Shown piece after piece: positions 9,122-19,226 of a DNA stretch of 64,000 bases; the first letter of the stretch is position 1; the number at the start of each line of letters is the position of its first letter. The stretch covers positions 36,237 through 100,236 of the forward strand of contig CAMDOM010000002.1 of NCBI GenBank assembly GCA_945903645.1, written 5' to 3'. Under the pieces are notes generated by a model. It made no database searches and was not told where the DNA came from. It saw only the letters and a program-made list of their open reading frames with translations. Made by a program: the position numbers and the translations under genes. Source of the DNA: Chryseobacterium gleum (lineage in GTDB: Bacteria; Bacteroidota; Bacteroidia; UBA10329).

Positions 9122-11488
9122 ATGAAAAACATCCTCATCTCATCGCTAGTGCTGCTATCCACAACCATGGCCATTGCCCAATCGACACAAACCGTGCGGG
9201 GCATTATAACCGACCAAACAACCGAACAACCGCTCATTGGGGCCAATGTCATTCTGCTGAATAGCAATCCCATTATAGGAGCATCTACAGATATTGACGG
9301 GAAATTTGAACTTAGCGGTGTGCCCGTTGGTCGCCAAAGTTTTGCGGTGCAATACATCGGCTATCGGGCTGCTGGAGCTTCGGAAGTGATGGTGACGGCT
9401 GGCAAGCAGGTCATCCTCAACTTCGCTTTGGAAGAGAACATCACGGAGGTGGCCGAAGTGGTAGTGCGGGCAGAGGAGGAGAAGGACCGCCCGTTGAACA
9501 CCTATAGCACCGTCAGCTCCCGCACCTTCAGCATGGAGGAGGTGAACCGTTTCAGCGGTGGGCGCAATGATGTGGGCCGACTGGTGAGCAATTTTGCCGG
9601 AGTGGCCACCAGCAACGACTCGCGCAACGATATCGTAGTGCGAGGCAATTCGCCATCAGGTGTGCTGTGGCGTTTGGAAGGTGTTCCCATTCCCAATCCG
9701 AACCATTTCGCCACGTTGGGCACTTCAGGTGGGCCAGTGAGCGCGCTTAATACCAACCTATTGAAGACCTCTGACTTCATGACAGGGGCCTTTGCGGCAG
9801 AGTATGGCAATGCCAACGCCAGTGTGTTCGACCTCGGTTTTCGCACCGGAAATGCACAGGAGCATGAATTTCTTGCGCAGCTCAACGTTTTCAGTGGATT
9901 TGAGCTAATGGCCGAAGGACCATTGAACAAGAGCAAAGGCGGCAGTTATGTGGTTAGCGGTCGCTATTCGTTTGCAGGCATCGGAGCGGCTATTGGAATT
10001 CCTATCGGTACAGCTGCCGCACCTAACTACACCGACATCAGCTTCAACATAGACCTACCTGCCAACGAAAAATTTGGAAAGTTGAACATCTTCGGCATTG
10101 GGGCCTACTCGTTTATCGATTTCATTGGCAGCGAGCTTACGGAGGAAGACCTCTTTGCCGACCCGAACAGCGACCGATATCCCCGTAGCGCATTTGGAGT
10201 ACTCGGGGCTAAGCACACCAAGTATTTGAACGAAAACAGTTATGTGCGCACCACGCTGAGCACCACTTTGGAATACAGTAGTTTCAACCAATATGACATA
10301 CCCGCAAATGAAGCGCGAAAGCATGTAACCGATCAGAAAAGCTATACATCAGGAATACGCATCAATTCGTATTACAACCGAAAATTCAATGCAAAACTCT
10401 CGTTACGCAGCGGGCTTACTGCCGAGGTGTTTTATCTTAATAGCACATTGGACGACCGCAGTTCGTCACCCGATTGGATACAGGTGAGAGACTATGACGG
10501 GGCATTGGCCATGTTGCAACCATTCGCGCAACTTCAGCAGAAATTCAATGAGAAACTGACCCTGAATGTGGGGCTGCATGGGTCGTATCTCACCACCAAC
10601 AATTCGTGGGCATTGGAACCTAGGGCATCGCTGGCCTATCGTTTCTTGCCTGCCCACTCCCTCACGTTGGCCTACGGCTGGCACTCGCAAATGCAGCCTT
10701 TGCCCGTGTATCTCTATAAAGCACCGCTGGGCGATGGTACGTATGACGATTCGAATGCCGACCTCGACTTCACCCGTTCGCACCACATTGTGCTGGCATA
10801 TGATGTGAAATTTGCCCGCAACTGGCGCATCAAATTCGAACCTTATGTGCAGTTCATTACCGGAGCACCCGTGGAGCGTGCAGCATCTAGTTTTAGCATG
10901 TTGAATGCTGGTGCCGACTTCGTTTTTCCCGACAAAGGACTTTTGGAAAACACAGGCCAAGGCCGAAATATGGGGGTAGAGCTCACCGTGGAGCGGTTCT
11001 TTGGCAAAGGATTTTATGGGCTGGTCACTGGCAGTCTCTTCGATTCGCAATACAAGGGCAGCGATGAGGTGTGGCGCAGCACCGCTTTCAACAATCGCTA
11101 TGTGGTGAATGTGTTGGCTGGAAAAGAATTCAAAGTGGGCAAAGACAAGCGAAATGCCCTTACTGCCGATATAAAATTTACCACCAGCGGTGGCCGGTGG
11201 TACACGCCTATCGACACAGAGGCCAGCATTGCGCAAGGCCGCGAGGTGCTGCAAGAGGATAAGGCTTTTAGCGAACAATATACAGGCTACTTGCGCCTTG
11301 ATGTGAAATTCGGTTTCCGCCTCAACAGCCGCAAAAAGCGCATCAGCAATAGTTTCTACATCGATTTTCAGAACGTTACCTTCCAGAAAAACATCTTCGA
11401 AAGCCGCTACAATACACGCACGCAGCGGGTTGATAATGTGTATCAAAACGGGTTCTTTCCCGATGTGATGTATCGCATTACGTTCTGA
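9122..11488 (+). CDS. TonB-dependent receptor with N-terminal carboxypeptidase-regulatory-like domain
   Basis: Signal peptide, GIITD..T.QPLIGANV, plug NDIVVRGNSP, GAF.AEYGNA, barrel EPR, C-terminal Phe. Confidence 0.9.
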   Translation: MKNILISSLVLLSTTMAIAQSTQTVRGIITDQTTEQPLIGANVILLNSNPIIGASTDIDGKFELSGVPVGRQSFAVQYIGYRAAGASEVMVTAGKQVILNFALEENITEVAEVVVRAEEEKDRPLNTYSTVSSRTFSMEEVNRFSGGRNDVGRLVSNFAGVATSNDSRNDIVVRGNSPSGVLWRLEGVPIPNPNHFATLGTSGGPVSALNTNLLKTSDFMTGAFAAEYGNANASVFDLGFRTGNAQEHEFLAQLNVFSGFELMAEGPLNKSKGGSYVVSGRYSFAGIGAAIGIPIGTAAAPNYTDISFNIDLPANEKFGKLNIFGIGAYSFIDFIGSELTEEDLFADPNSDRYPRSAFGVLGAKHTKYLNENSYVRTTLSTTLEYSSFNQYDIPANEARKHVTDQKSYTSGIRINSYYNRKFNAKLSLRSGLTAEVFYLNSTLDDRSSSPDWIQVRDYDGALAMLQPFAQLQQKFNEKLTLNVGLHGSYLTTNNSWALEPRASLAYRFLPAHSLTLAYGWHSQMQPLPVYLYKAPLGDGTYDDSNADLDFTRSHHIVLAYDVKFARNWRIKFEPYVQFITGAPVERAASSFSMLNAGADFVFPDKGLLENTGQGRNMGVELTVERFFGKGFYGLVTGSLFDSQYKGSDEVWRSTAFNNRYVVNVLAGKEFKVGKDKRNALTADIKFTTSGGRWYTPIDTEASIAQGREVLQEDKAFSEQYTGYLRLDVKFGFRLNSRKKRISNSFYIDFQNVTFQKNIFESRYNTRTQRVDNVYQNGFFPDVMYRITF

Positions 11489-11555
11489 TGAAAGGATTGA
11501 ATTGAATGTTTAAGGTTAATGCGCACCTTCGTAGCATTCAATTCAATAACGTATC

Positions 11556-12080
11556 ATGAAAAAATTCATTCTTCCCCTATCTATTCTTTTCCTAGCGGCC
11601 TGCGGCCCAAAAGAAGAAACCAACACTTCCGCATCTGCCGAAGGCTACACCAAAGAGATTGACTACGCGGTAGACGCTAGTGGCATTTTTCACCCCGACC
11701 TAGCGGACGAAGATTTTACCGACATGCAGGCGCTGATGACCCAAATGATAGCCGATGTGCTTAGTGGCAAACTGCAAGCCTTCGACCCTATGGACTTCTC
11801 CAAATCACTTACCATCGAAGAGGTGAAAAGCAAACTCGTTACCACAGATTCGGTCTACATCCCCGGGCCCGATTCTACAGAAATGGTACTCACCGTTATT
11901 CAAACCGACCACTCCAAAGAGTTCTACTCCATCAAGTTTCGCGAACAATGGAAATATGCCCCCGATGGTGCTATAATAGACCGCAAAGTGCTGGCCGTAG
12001 CGCCTCGCAGCCCCGTGTATAGCACCGATGGCGACATCCTAGGCCACTCTTCGCTCTTTTGGATTAAGGTGAAAAAGTAA
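11556..12080 (+). CDS. Small lipoprotein with GldN/PorN-like motifs
   Basis: Lipobox LAAC; V.SGKLQAFDP, IKFREQW, RKVLAVAP, LFWI resemble GldN conserved blocks. Confidence 0.6.
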   Translation: MKKFILPLSILFLAACGPKEETNTSASAEGYTKEIDYAVDASGIFHPDLADEDFTDMQALMTQMIADVLSGKLQAFDPMDFSKSLTIEEVKSKLVTTDSVYIPGPDSTEMVLTVIQTDHSKEFYSIKFREQWKYAPDGAIIDRKVLAVAPRSPVYSTDGDILGHSSLFWIKVKK

Positions 12081-12085
12081 AGTAA

Positions 12086-12127
12086 GGTTCTAGGTTTTAG
12101 GTGCTGGGTACTAGATTTTAGTTGCCA
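12086..12127. repeat. Degenerate heptamer tandem repeat, 6 units
   Basis: GGTTCTA GGTTTTA GGTGCTG GGTACTA GATTTTA GTTGCCA. Confidence 0.5.
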
Positions 12128-12184
12128 AGGCAACAGAGGTGGGTGGGGTGCGAATAGCGTAACGGACACCCAAGCAGCACCTCC

Positions 12185-13081
12185 ATGATAGAAGACGAAA
12201 TAGTTTCCATTTGGCAGCAGAAGCTGTTCACCTTTGGCACCAACGTAGTAACGGTGCAATGGCTGGTGATATTTGCGACATCGCTTGTGGCGCTGTTCTT
12301 CGTGGCCGCTTTGGTAAAATGGGTGTTGGTCAAACGTGTATTCGTGCGCTACAAGCTCAATATGGGCGTGGCCTATTCTACCGCCACCATCATCAAATAC
12401 ATCGTTATTATCATTGGCTTGGGGGTCATATTGCAAACCAGTGGCCTCGATATGCGCGCCTTCGGCATCCTCTTTGGCGCCCTAGGCATTGGTATTGGTT
12501 TTGGCCTCCAAGGCATTAGCAACAACTTTATTAGTGGCATCATTATCCTGTTCGAGCGGCCTGTGAAAGTGGGCGACCGCGTAGAAGTAGAAGGCATTGC
12601 CGGCACCATACAGCGCATTTCGGCACGCGCCACCACCATCATTACCAACGATGATATTGCCATCATAGTGCCCAACTCAGAGATCATCAACAAAAACGTG
12701 ATCAACTGGAGCCTCAAAGATTCGCAAGTGCGCTTCAATTTTCTAGTGCGTGTAGACTATAACGAAGACCCCGAACGCGTGCGCCTACTGCTGCTAGATG
12801 TGGCCCACCACTGCGATGGCGTGGTGCAAGATCCCCCGCCCGATGTGCTGCTGGACGAGTTTGGCGACATAGCCCTGGTGTTTAACCTCCGCGTGTGGAG
12901 CACCGAATACTGCTACCGCCCCCGCATGCTCAAAAGCATGTTGTATTTCGACATTCTAAAACGCTTTAAAGAAGAAAACATCAAAATTCCGCTCGCCCCC
13001 GTGGCCATGCCCCTACCCGCCTCTCCGCCCCTGCCCAACCCAACTGCAGCCCTTGGCGCTCCTCTCGGAGAAGTGAATTAG
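12185..13081 (+). CDS. Small-conductance mechanosensitive channel (MscS family)
   Basis: GALGIGIGFGLQ..NNFISGIIILFERPVKVGD, I.ARAT, IVPNS, VINWS; Pro-rich tail. Confidence 0.93.
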   Translation: MIEDEIVSIWQQKLFTFGTNVVTVQWLVIFATSLVALFFVAALVKWVLVKRVFVRYKLNMGVAYSTATIIKYIVIIIGLGVILQTSGLDMRAFGILFGALGIGIGFGLQGISNNFISGIIILFERPVKVGDRVEVEGIAGTIQRISARATTIITNDDIAIIVPNSEIINKNVINWSLKDSQVRFNFLVRVDYNEDPERVRLLLLDVAHHCDGVVQDPPPDVLLDEFGDIALVFNLRVWSTEYCYRPRMLKSMLYFDILKRFKEENIKIPLAPVAMPLPASPPLPNPTAALGAPLGEVN

Positions 13082-13182
13082 GCACTTGGGCAAAAACCAT
13101 TTCCTCTCGTGGTTTACGCAAGAGGAAATTGGGCAAGAAATTAGACGGATTTGCGGGGAGTGACGGGGAAGTAGATTTTCCC

Positions 13183-15240
13183 CTAAAGCGTGTAAGCACC
13201 TTGCTCAGCCACATCCCATAGCATACTACCTGCGGGTAAATGGCGCTTCAATTCTTGTTTGGTGCGGTAACCGAGGGAGGAGGAAATAACCACAGTTTTT
13301 GGAAGCGCTGCAGCTAAGGTTGGAATAGTATTCCAATTTAGGCTATGAATCACTGCTATGTCTATAGAATCTGGGACAGCGATTTTTCCGTCTGACGGGA
13401 CTTTCCCTAGTATCACAAGATTTTTTCCATTCCATCTAAACGGTCGGTTCAGCAAGCTATCGTTTAGCGAAATAGGTATTTCTTTGTTTACACCACGGGC
13501 CCACCAATGATGTTTAACGTGAAATAGCAAGGACTGCTCATCCGTCAAAACTGCATCTCCAGCTACAAAATGGACTGAAGTTCCTTCGTTCAAAGCAATG
13601 GCGGTTTGCTTTCGAATATTATAAACAGTCAAGAATTGTTGATTACGTTGCTCCTGAAATTCTAAGGTTTGAGTGAAGAGTAGCAAGGCAGTGAAACCCA
13701 GCATTGGGAGTACCATTCTCACTTCTCGCTTTATACACATCCACGCTATACTGCCAACCAATGCATAAATCAAAAAGGTTTCTGCAATTGAAATATCGAC
13801 TCCCTCAGCTACAGCGTATGGCATTTTGTCTACAAACTCCACAAGCCAATTCATAATCTTGATAGCCCATGACATAATGAACCCAACAAAGGCCAAAAAT
13901 GGCGTCCAAATCTGAGCAAAGAAGAGCCCCAATCCAAGAAAAAGAACAACTGTCGCACATGGAATTACAAATAGGTTCGAGACAAAAAATAGATTAGGAA
14001 ACTGATGAAAATAGAGCAATCCAAGCGGAAAAGTGGTAAGCTGGGCTGCTATAGAAACGCAGGTTATCTTCCAAATTTGATCCAGTAACCAACTGTTAGG
14101 AATGTACAATCTATACAACCATGGCTGAATGGCAACAATGCCAAAAACCGCTATATACGATAGTTGAAACCCAACCTGCATTACAATTAGTGGGTCATAA
14201 AGAATCAGACCAAAGGCAGAGGAAACGAGCGTATTGTATATACTTGCCTTTCGTTGCATTGCTTTGGCACCAGCAACAAAAGAGAACATTGCTACAGCTC
14301 GGCAAACTGAAGGAGAAAGACCCGTGAGAATAGCATAACCAATCATGAGTATAACATTGGTTCCAGCCCTAATTTGTTGTCCACTAGGAAACACGGTAAG
14401 AAAACCCAAAGCCCAATTAAAAGCCACATACATTATGCCTACATGCAGACCAGACACCGAAAGCACGTGGGTGGCTCCAGCCCCTGCATACGCCTCTACT
14501 AGAGTTTTATCTAAATCGGCTTTGTAACCTAACACTAATACCGAAGCTACTGCAAGCTCATTGCCAATTAGCCCAGATTTACTAAACACATCTAAAAGTG
14601 TCGTTCTAAAATCCACAAACATTTGGCGCCATGACCATCCTTTTCGTGTTAGAACTTTCCAATATCCTTGGCGCACAAATGCTTGGTGATAAATGCGATG
14701 AAACCGCATATAGCGTTGATAATTAAACTCATTGGGATTGCCTGTTGGCGTTACTTTGGTAAGAGAAGTCCGAACCAGAAGTTCATCCCCAAACTCCAGT
14801 TTGGGCATGGCGGTATCCTTATCTAATAAGTAGAGCAAAACCCGCCCAAATGATTCCCCATTTGTATCTGCGGCATCCATTTCAATCTTAATGGATTTTG
14901 GTTTTACTTCTGGCTCACCAACAACGGTCATCACATATGTGGCCGTATCTGAAGCGTTATGAACGAAATGGTTTGGATAAATATGCTCGGAAACAGAAAA
15001 CAACAACAAACCTCCACCGCAGAATGCACTAATAAAAAATAGCACACTAAAAACGTGAGCATGTCTTGATGTGATACCCAATAGAATTATCAGTAACACG
15101 AAAGCTGACCACACCAAAAATGCAGGGAGCAACGCATCCATAGAAATGGTTACGGACTCTAAAGCAAAGGCACTGATTACAACCCCGCCTACAAACGGAA
15201 AAACCACTCGGAGTGATGGAAATGAACGAATCAGCTGCAT
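13183..15240 (-). CDS. comEC: ComEC/Rec2 competence protein (no clear metallo-beta-lactamase domain)
   Basis: NPNEFNY, AGATHVLSVSGLHVG, G.SPSV.RA, GFQLSY.AV, SNL. Confidence 0.92.
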   Translation of the reverse strand: MQLIRSFPSLRVVFPFVGGVVISAFALESVTISMDALLPAFLVWSAFVLLIILLGITSRHAHVFSVLFFISAFCGGGLLLFSVSEHIYPNHFVHNASDTATYVMTVVGEPEVKPKSIKIEMDAADTNGESFGRVLLYLLDKDTAMPKLEFGDELLVRTSLTKVTPTGNPNEFNYQRYMRFHRIYHQAFVRQGYWKVLTRKGWSWRQMFVDFRTTLLDVFSKSGLIGNELAVASVLVLGYKADLDKTLVEAYAGAGATHVLSVSGLHVGIMYVAFNWALGFLTVFPSGQQIRAGTNVILMIGYAILTGLSPSVCRAVAMFSFVAGAKAMQRKASIYNTLVSSAFGLILYDPLIVMQVGFQLSYIAVFGIVAIQPWLYRLYIPNSWLLDQIWKITCVSIAAQLTTFPLGLLYFHQFPNLFFVSNLFVIPCATVVLFLGLGLFFAQIWTPFLAFVGFIMSWAIKIMNWLVEFVDKMPYAVAEGVDISIAETFLIYALVGSIAWMCIKREVRMVLPMLGFTALLLFTQTLEFQEQRNQQFLTVYNIRKQTAIALNEGTSVHFVAGDAVLTDEQSLLFHVKHHWWARGVNKEIPISLNDSLLNRPFRWNGKNLVILGKVPSDGKIAVPDSIDIAVIHSLNWNTIPTLAAALPKTVVISSSLGYRTKQELKRHLPAGSMLWDVAEQGAYTL

Positions 15241-15434
15241 CCTATCGAAATTGAAACATGGCTTATTTCATTAAACCAAATAACAAAAAATCTAGTTTCC
15301 TTTAACATTGAAAATAAATACGCCAGTTTTAGATGTAGAATCTCAATATTTTAGTACTATCTAGTACATCCGTTGAAAGACACCAAAAAATAAAACTCTA
15401 TACGGAAATCTTATTTTAATATTCGTTGAAATAA

Positions 15435-17267
15435 ATGCCAATCCCTTACTTTACTCCCATGAATCGAATGCGAAACATAGGGGGAGTGCTGGCAGTGGTG
15501 CTAGTGGTGGCTGTGGCGGTGTGGGGCGTTAAGCTGCTGTGGCTGCGACCGTTTAATATCGATCATTTTTTTGAGCGGGCCTACATTTCCTTCCTGTGGA
15601 ACGACCCCGAAAACCTTACCAGCACTGGGGTTTTGGATTCTTATTTCATCACTGGGCATCAGCAGTTGCTTTCGTTTCAGTCGCCATCGCGCAGCCAAGA
15701 ACTGGCCGAACTGGGTCGCAGAAACCTGCGTCTGCTGCAGGGCTACGACCGCGCCTCGCTAGCAGTGGGGCAGCAGGTTTCGTACGACATACTTGAATGG
15801 TTTTTACAAATGAGCGTGGCTGGCGAACCCTTTTTCTATCACGATTATCCAATTACCCACCTATCGGGAGCCCATTTAGAACTGCCCCAGTTTATGCAGT
15901 ATTCCCATCCTATGACATCGCGCAAAGATGCCGCAAACTACAACTTGCGCCTAGGCCAAGTGGGGGAAAAGTTTGGTCATGTGGTAGATGCCCTCGCCTA
16001 TCGCAAAAACAAAGGCATTGTAGCTCCCATCTTTATCCTTCAAAAAGCCATTGTCCAATGCGATGCCTTTGTGAGCACTGCGCCCGAAGAAAATGTGCTC
16101 TATACCTCCTTTGCCAAGCGCCTTGCCACTATAGCCGAATTAGAACCCGCCATACAAGCGCAGCTGCTAGCTGATTGCAAGTCCCATATTATTGAAGATG
16201 TATATCCTGCCTACAAGCGCCTATCGGGCTATTTGCTGCAATTGGAGCAAGAGTCTATGGCCATTGCGGGCACCTGGCATTTGCCCAATGGCGATGCGTA
16301 TTACAGGTTTTGCTTGCTTCAAAACACCACCCTATCGCTCGACCCTGATGAGTTGTATGCCCTCGGAAAGCTGGAAATAGCGCGCATTGAGGGCGAAATG
16401 CGCATTGTGGCAAACCTAATGGGCTATGCCTCTGATGCCGACATGGGCAATTTGCTGCGGCAACTTTCGGAGCAAAAGCAGGCACGATTCACCACCGATT
16501 CGTTGGGGCGGAAAGCCTGCCTCCAGTATTTTAAAAAAAACATAGCAAACATTACCCCAAAATTGTCAGACCATTTTACCCATTTGCCCAAAGCGCCTTT
16601 AGAGATTCAAGGAGTGCCAGAAGACCGAGCAAATGCCTCGATGCTGGCGTTCTATCTGCCACCAAAAGGAAACCTGTTGGGGCCAGGCCGCCTGTTTGTA
16701 AATGCCCGCAAAGCCGACCAAATGACCCGCTATTCGGCCACCACCTATGCCTACCACGAAGGCCTACCCGGCCATCATTTGCAAAAAGCGGTGCAACTAG
16801 AAATGGAAGATGTGCCCCAGTTTCGGAAGTTTCTACCCTTCGAAGCCTTCACCGAAGGCTGGGCCATGTATGCCGAAGAATTGGGCCACGAAATTTCTGA
16901 TACCGAAAATCCGCTTGACCGCCTGGCCGTGTTGCAATCAGACATATTTCGCACCGCAAGTATGATAACCGATGTGGGCATTCACCACAAAAAATGGCAG
17001 CGAGACCAAGCCATTCGCTTCATGCAGGAGCACGCAGGGTTAAGCCCAGAAGAAGCCGAATTGGAAGTAGACCGCTATATTATTTGGCCCGGACAAGGGT
17101 GTGCCTACAAAATTGGGAAAATGAAATTCTTAGCGTTGCGCGATAGAGTGAGAGCCGCTAAAGGAAAAAACTACGACCCGAAAGTGTTTCACGACTTGCT
17201 GATTGGTCAGGGCGCAATGCCTCTAGAAGTACTTGAGAACAGGGTAAACAGCTTCCTGAAAAAATAA
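15435..17267 (+). CDS. DUF885 family putative metallopeptidase (start may be a later ATG)
   Basis: LPNGDAYY, YHEGLPGHHLQ, EGWAMYAE, DVGIH, RY...PGQ..AYK.G. Confidence 0.88.
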   Translation: MPIPYFTPMNRMRNIGGVLAVVLVVAVAVWGVKLLWLRPFNIDHFFERAYISFLWNDPENLTSTGVLDSYFITGHQQLLSFQSPSRSQELAELGRRNLRLLQGYDRASLAVGQQVSYDILEWFLQMSVAGEPFFYHDYPITHLSGAHLELPQFMQYSHPMTSRKDAANYNLRLGQVGEKFGHVVDALAYRKNKGIVAPIFILQKAIVQCDAFVSTAPEENVLYTSFAKRLATIAELEPAIQAQLLADCKSHIIEDVYPAYKRLSGYLLQLEQESMAIAGTWHLPNGDAYYRFCLLQNTTLSLDPDELYALGKLEIARIEGEMRIVANLMGYASDADMGNLLRQLSEQKQARFTTDSLGRKACLQYFKKNIANITPKLSDHFTHLPKAPLEIQGVPEDRANASMLAFYLPPKGNLLGPGRLFVNARKADQMTRYSATTYAYHEGLPGHHLQKAVQLEMEDVPQFRKFLPFEAFTEGWAMYAEELGHEISDTENPLDRLAVLQSDIFRTASMITDVGIHHKKWQRDQAIRFMQEHAGLSPEEAELEVDRYIIWPGQGCAYKIGKMKFLALRDRVRAAKGKNYDPKVFHDLLIGQGAMPLEVLENRVNSFLKK

Positions 17268-17270
17268 CCG

Positions 17271-17717
17271 TTACCCACGCATTTTGTCTAGTAGAGCATT
17301 CAGCTGTGCCAATTCGGCATCGCTAAGATTGACGGTTATCTCGTCCATATCATGATGGTCCATTGTGGCAAGCAGGGCTGATCCTTTATCGGAAATGCGT
17401 ACCTCCACAAGTCTGCGATCTTTTGCGCTTTGCACCCGCACTACCAATTCTTTCTTACACAGTCGGTCCACAATGCGCGAAGCATCCGACATTTTATCAA
17501 TCATACGGTTGCGTATGCACGAGGTGCTTAGCGGGTCGGGCAAACTTCCGCGCAATATTCGCAGCACATTAAATTGTTGGTGAGTTAAATCATAGGGTTT
17601 CATCAGCTCCCTAAATTTTTCCGTAACCCAAGCATGGGTAAACAATACGTTTACAACCGCCTTTTGTTTCTGGTTACGAAAGCCTTTATGCTGCTGAATC
17701 TCGTCCTCTAATTTCAT
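17271..17717 (-). CDS. MarR family transcriptional regulator
   Basis: QQFNVLRILRG, SRIVDRL, DRR. Confidence 0.92.
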   Translation of the reverse strand: MKLEDEIQQHKGFRNQKQKAVVNVLFTHAWVTEKFRELMKPYDLTHQQFNVLRILRGSLPDPLSTSCIRNRMIDKMSDASRIVDRLCKKELVVRVQSAKDRRLVEVRISDKGSALLATMDHHDMDEITVNLSDAELAQLNALLDKMRG

Positions 17718-17778
17718 TTTTTCTCTTTCAATATTATGCCAAAATTAGCAACTCAACGCAACTGGAAGCAGGATAGCT

Positions 17779-18522
17779 TCAACGCGCACCCACCATTTCG
17801 TAATAGCTCTTATAAGCGAGCTGAGCCTGATTTTCAATAATAAAGACATCCGCATTTTTTGTCTCAATGGAGTAATCCACGCCATCCGAAACACGGTAAA
17901 AATCACCTTTCTCCAAGATTCTACCGTCTATATTCACTGTGCCATCAAGTATAAAACACGAGTGAATTTTACCCTGTCCCAAGCGCACCGAATGGAGGTC
18001 ATTAGCGTATTTGCTGCGCGAAATGGCTACAGGTTTAGCATCCATGCTAATGCTATCAGAATAGTTGGTCACTTCATTTCCCCCAACGTTTTCTACTGGG
18101 AAAGTAGCTGCGGTATAGTCGTCATAAGTGGCGGGTTGGCTTAAGGTGCGCTCCAATCCTGGGTCAAACCAAATTTGAAAAATGGAACCACCTGCCCCAA
18201 CTTTCTCGGCATGCGAAATCCCTTTTCCCGCACGAATTATTTGCACATCGCCCGCTTTCAGTTTCTTCCAACCTTTCAGTTGGCTGTCATAATGTTCAAT
18301 CTCGCCAGTCAGTACAAACGACATGATTTCAAATCCCTGATGCGGATGTTCACCAATCATGCTGTCTTCAGTTGCCCAAGCATGAGCCCAGTAAAATAGA
18401 TTTCCATAAGGCCGAAGCTTTCCCCTATCCTGAGGAAAACCTATGGGTTTGCGTTCTTGAATTCTACCACCATCAAATTGACCTTTGGCTTGTTCGTCTT
18501 TTGTAAGAATCAGTGTTTCCAT
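17779..18522 (-). CDS. Pirin family protein (start moved to METLIL at 18522)
   Basis: HPHQGFEIMS, H.DS, AG.GISHAE, FQIW; TATATTTG promoter lies inside the longer predicted N-terminus. Confidence 0.88.
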   Translation of the reverse strand: METLILTKDEQAKGQFDGGRIQERKPIGFPQDRGKLRPYGNLFYWAHAWATEDSMIGEHPHQGFEIMSFVLTGEIEHYDSQLKGWKKLKAGDVQIIRAGKGISHAEKVGAGGSIFQIWFDPGLERTLSQPATYDDYTAATFPVENVGGNEVTNYSDSISMDAKPVAISRSKYANDLHSVRLGQGKIHSCFILDGTVNIDGRILEKGDFYRVSDGVDYSIETKNADVFIIENQAQLAYKSYYEMVGAR

Positions 18523-18529
18523 GCGACTG

Positions 18530-18554
18530 CAAATATACCAATGTTTGAACATTG
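18530..18554 (-). promoter_or_regulatory. -7 promoter element with abutting palindromic operator (candidate MarR site)
   Basis: TATATTTG at 18537-18530; inverted repeat CAATGTT-TG-AACATTG at 18539-18554. Confidence 0.6.
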
Positions 18555-18646
18555 AAATAATGCAACGCTAATAGGTATATGGACGGGTAGGTCTTTTGTG
18601 GATGATGAGAACCTATTTGGGGTGGTGGGGTTGGAAATTTATTATT

Positions 18647-19207
18647 TCAAAATTTAAGTCCAGCTCCAATTTCACCCCATGGAACCTGCCAATAAGAACC
18701 GCCCACAAGGTCATACTTAAACATGTAAAGAGCCATACATCAAATTAACTAACGTTTCTTGATGTTGTAACGGTAGCCTAGTCCAATTGCGTTTTTAGCG
18801 TCAAACGTTAGGGAGTGCGATTGTCCGTTTCTTTTTCTTTCCAATTGTTCTGCTATTGAATTTGCGAAAGGAGTAACATCAATGCCCCAAGCGATAGAAA
18901 CATTGACGTCCAGTTGATGCTTTATCCCGTAGGTAAAACCTAAGAGGTTCAGGCCTACAACCATGTCAACGCCACTAATACTCGGTTGAATTTTTCGATA
19001 CGAAAGCTCAATTCCGCTATACAACGCGATTTTATTCTTCTGATAAATCTGTCTTTCCTAACCAATGTTGTAGAACCCGCCTGTTCCGCCTATTTCGATA
19101 AAAACATTGTTCTTGTAATGCTTCGTTGAATCACTTGAAAGGTCTGTCTGGGCTTGACAGATTAGTGATGAAAACGCAAGCTATAAAACTTACTGAAATG
19201 TCCTCAT
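18647..19207 (-). pseudogene. Decayed small outer-membrane beta-barrel gene, five in-frame stops
   Basis: One frame of 187 codons: MRTFQ*VL*LAFSSLICQAQ...NNVFIEIGGTGGFYNIG*ERQ...IGLGYRYNIKKR*LI*...PWGEIGAGLKF*. Confidence 0.75.
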
Positions 19208-19226
19208 TTCAAATCTACCTCCAAGG

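Noticed and set aside
10466-11446. 326-aa antisense ORF inside the TonB receptor
   Set aside because: Shadow frame of a GC-richer gene; no recognisable motifs
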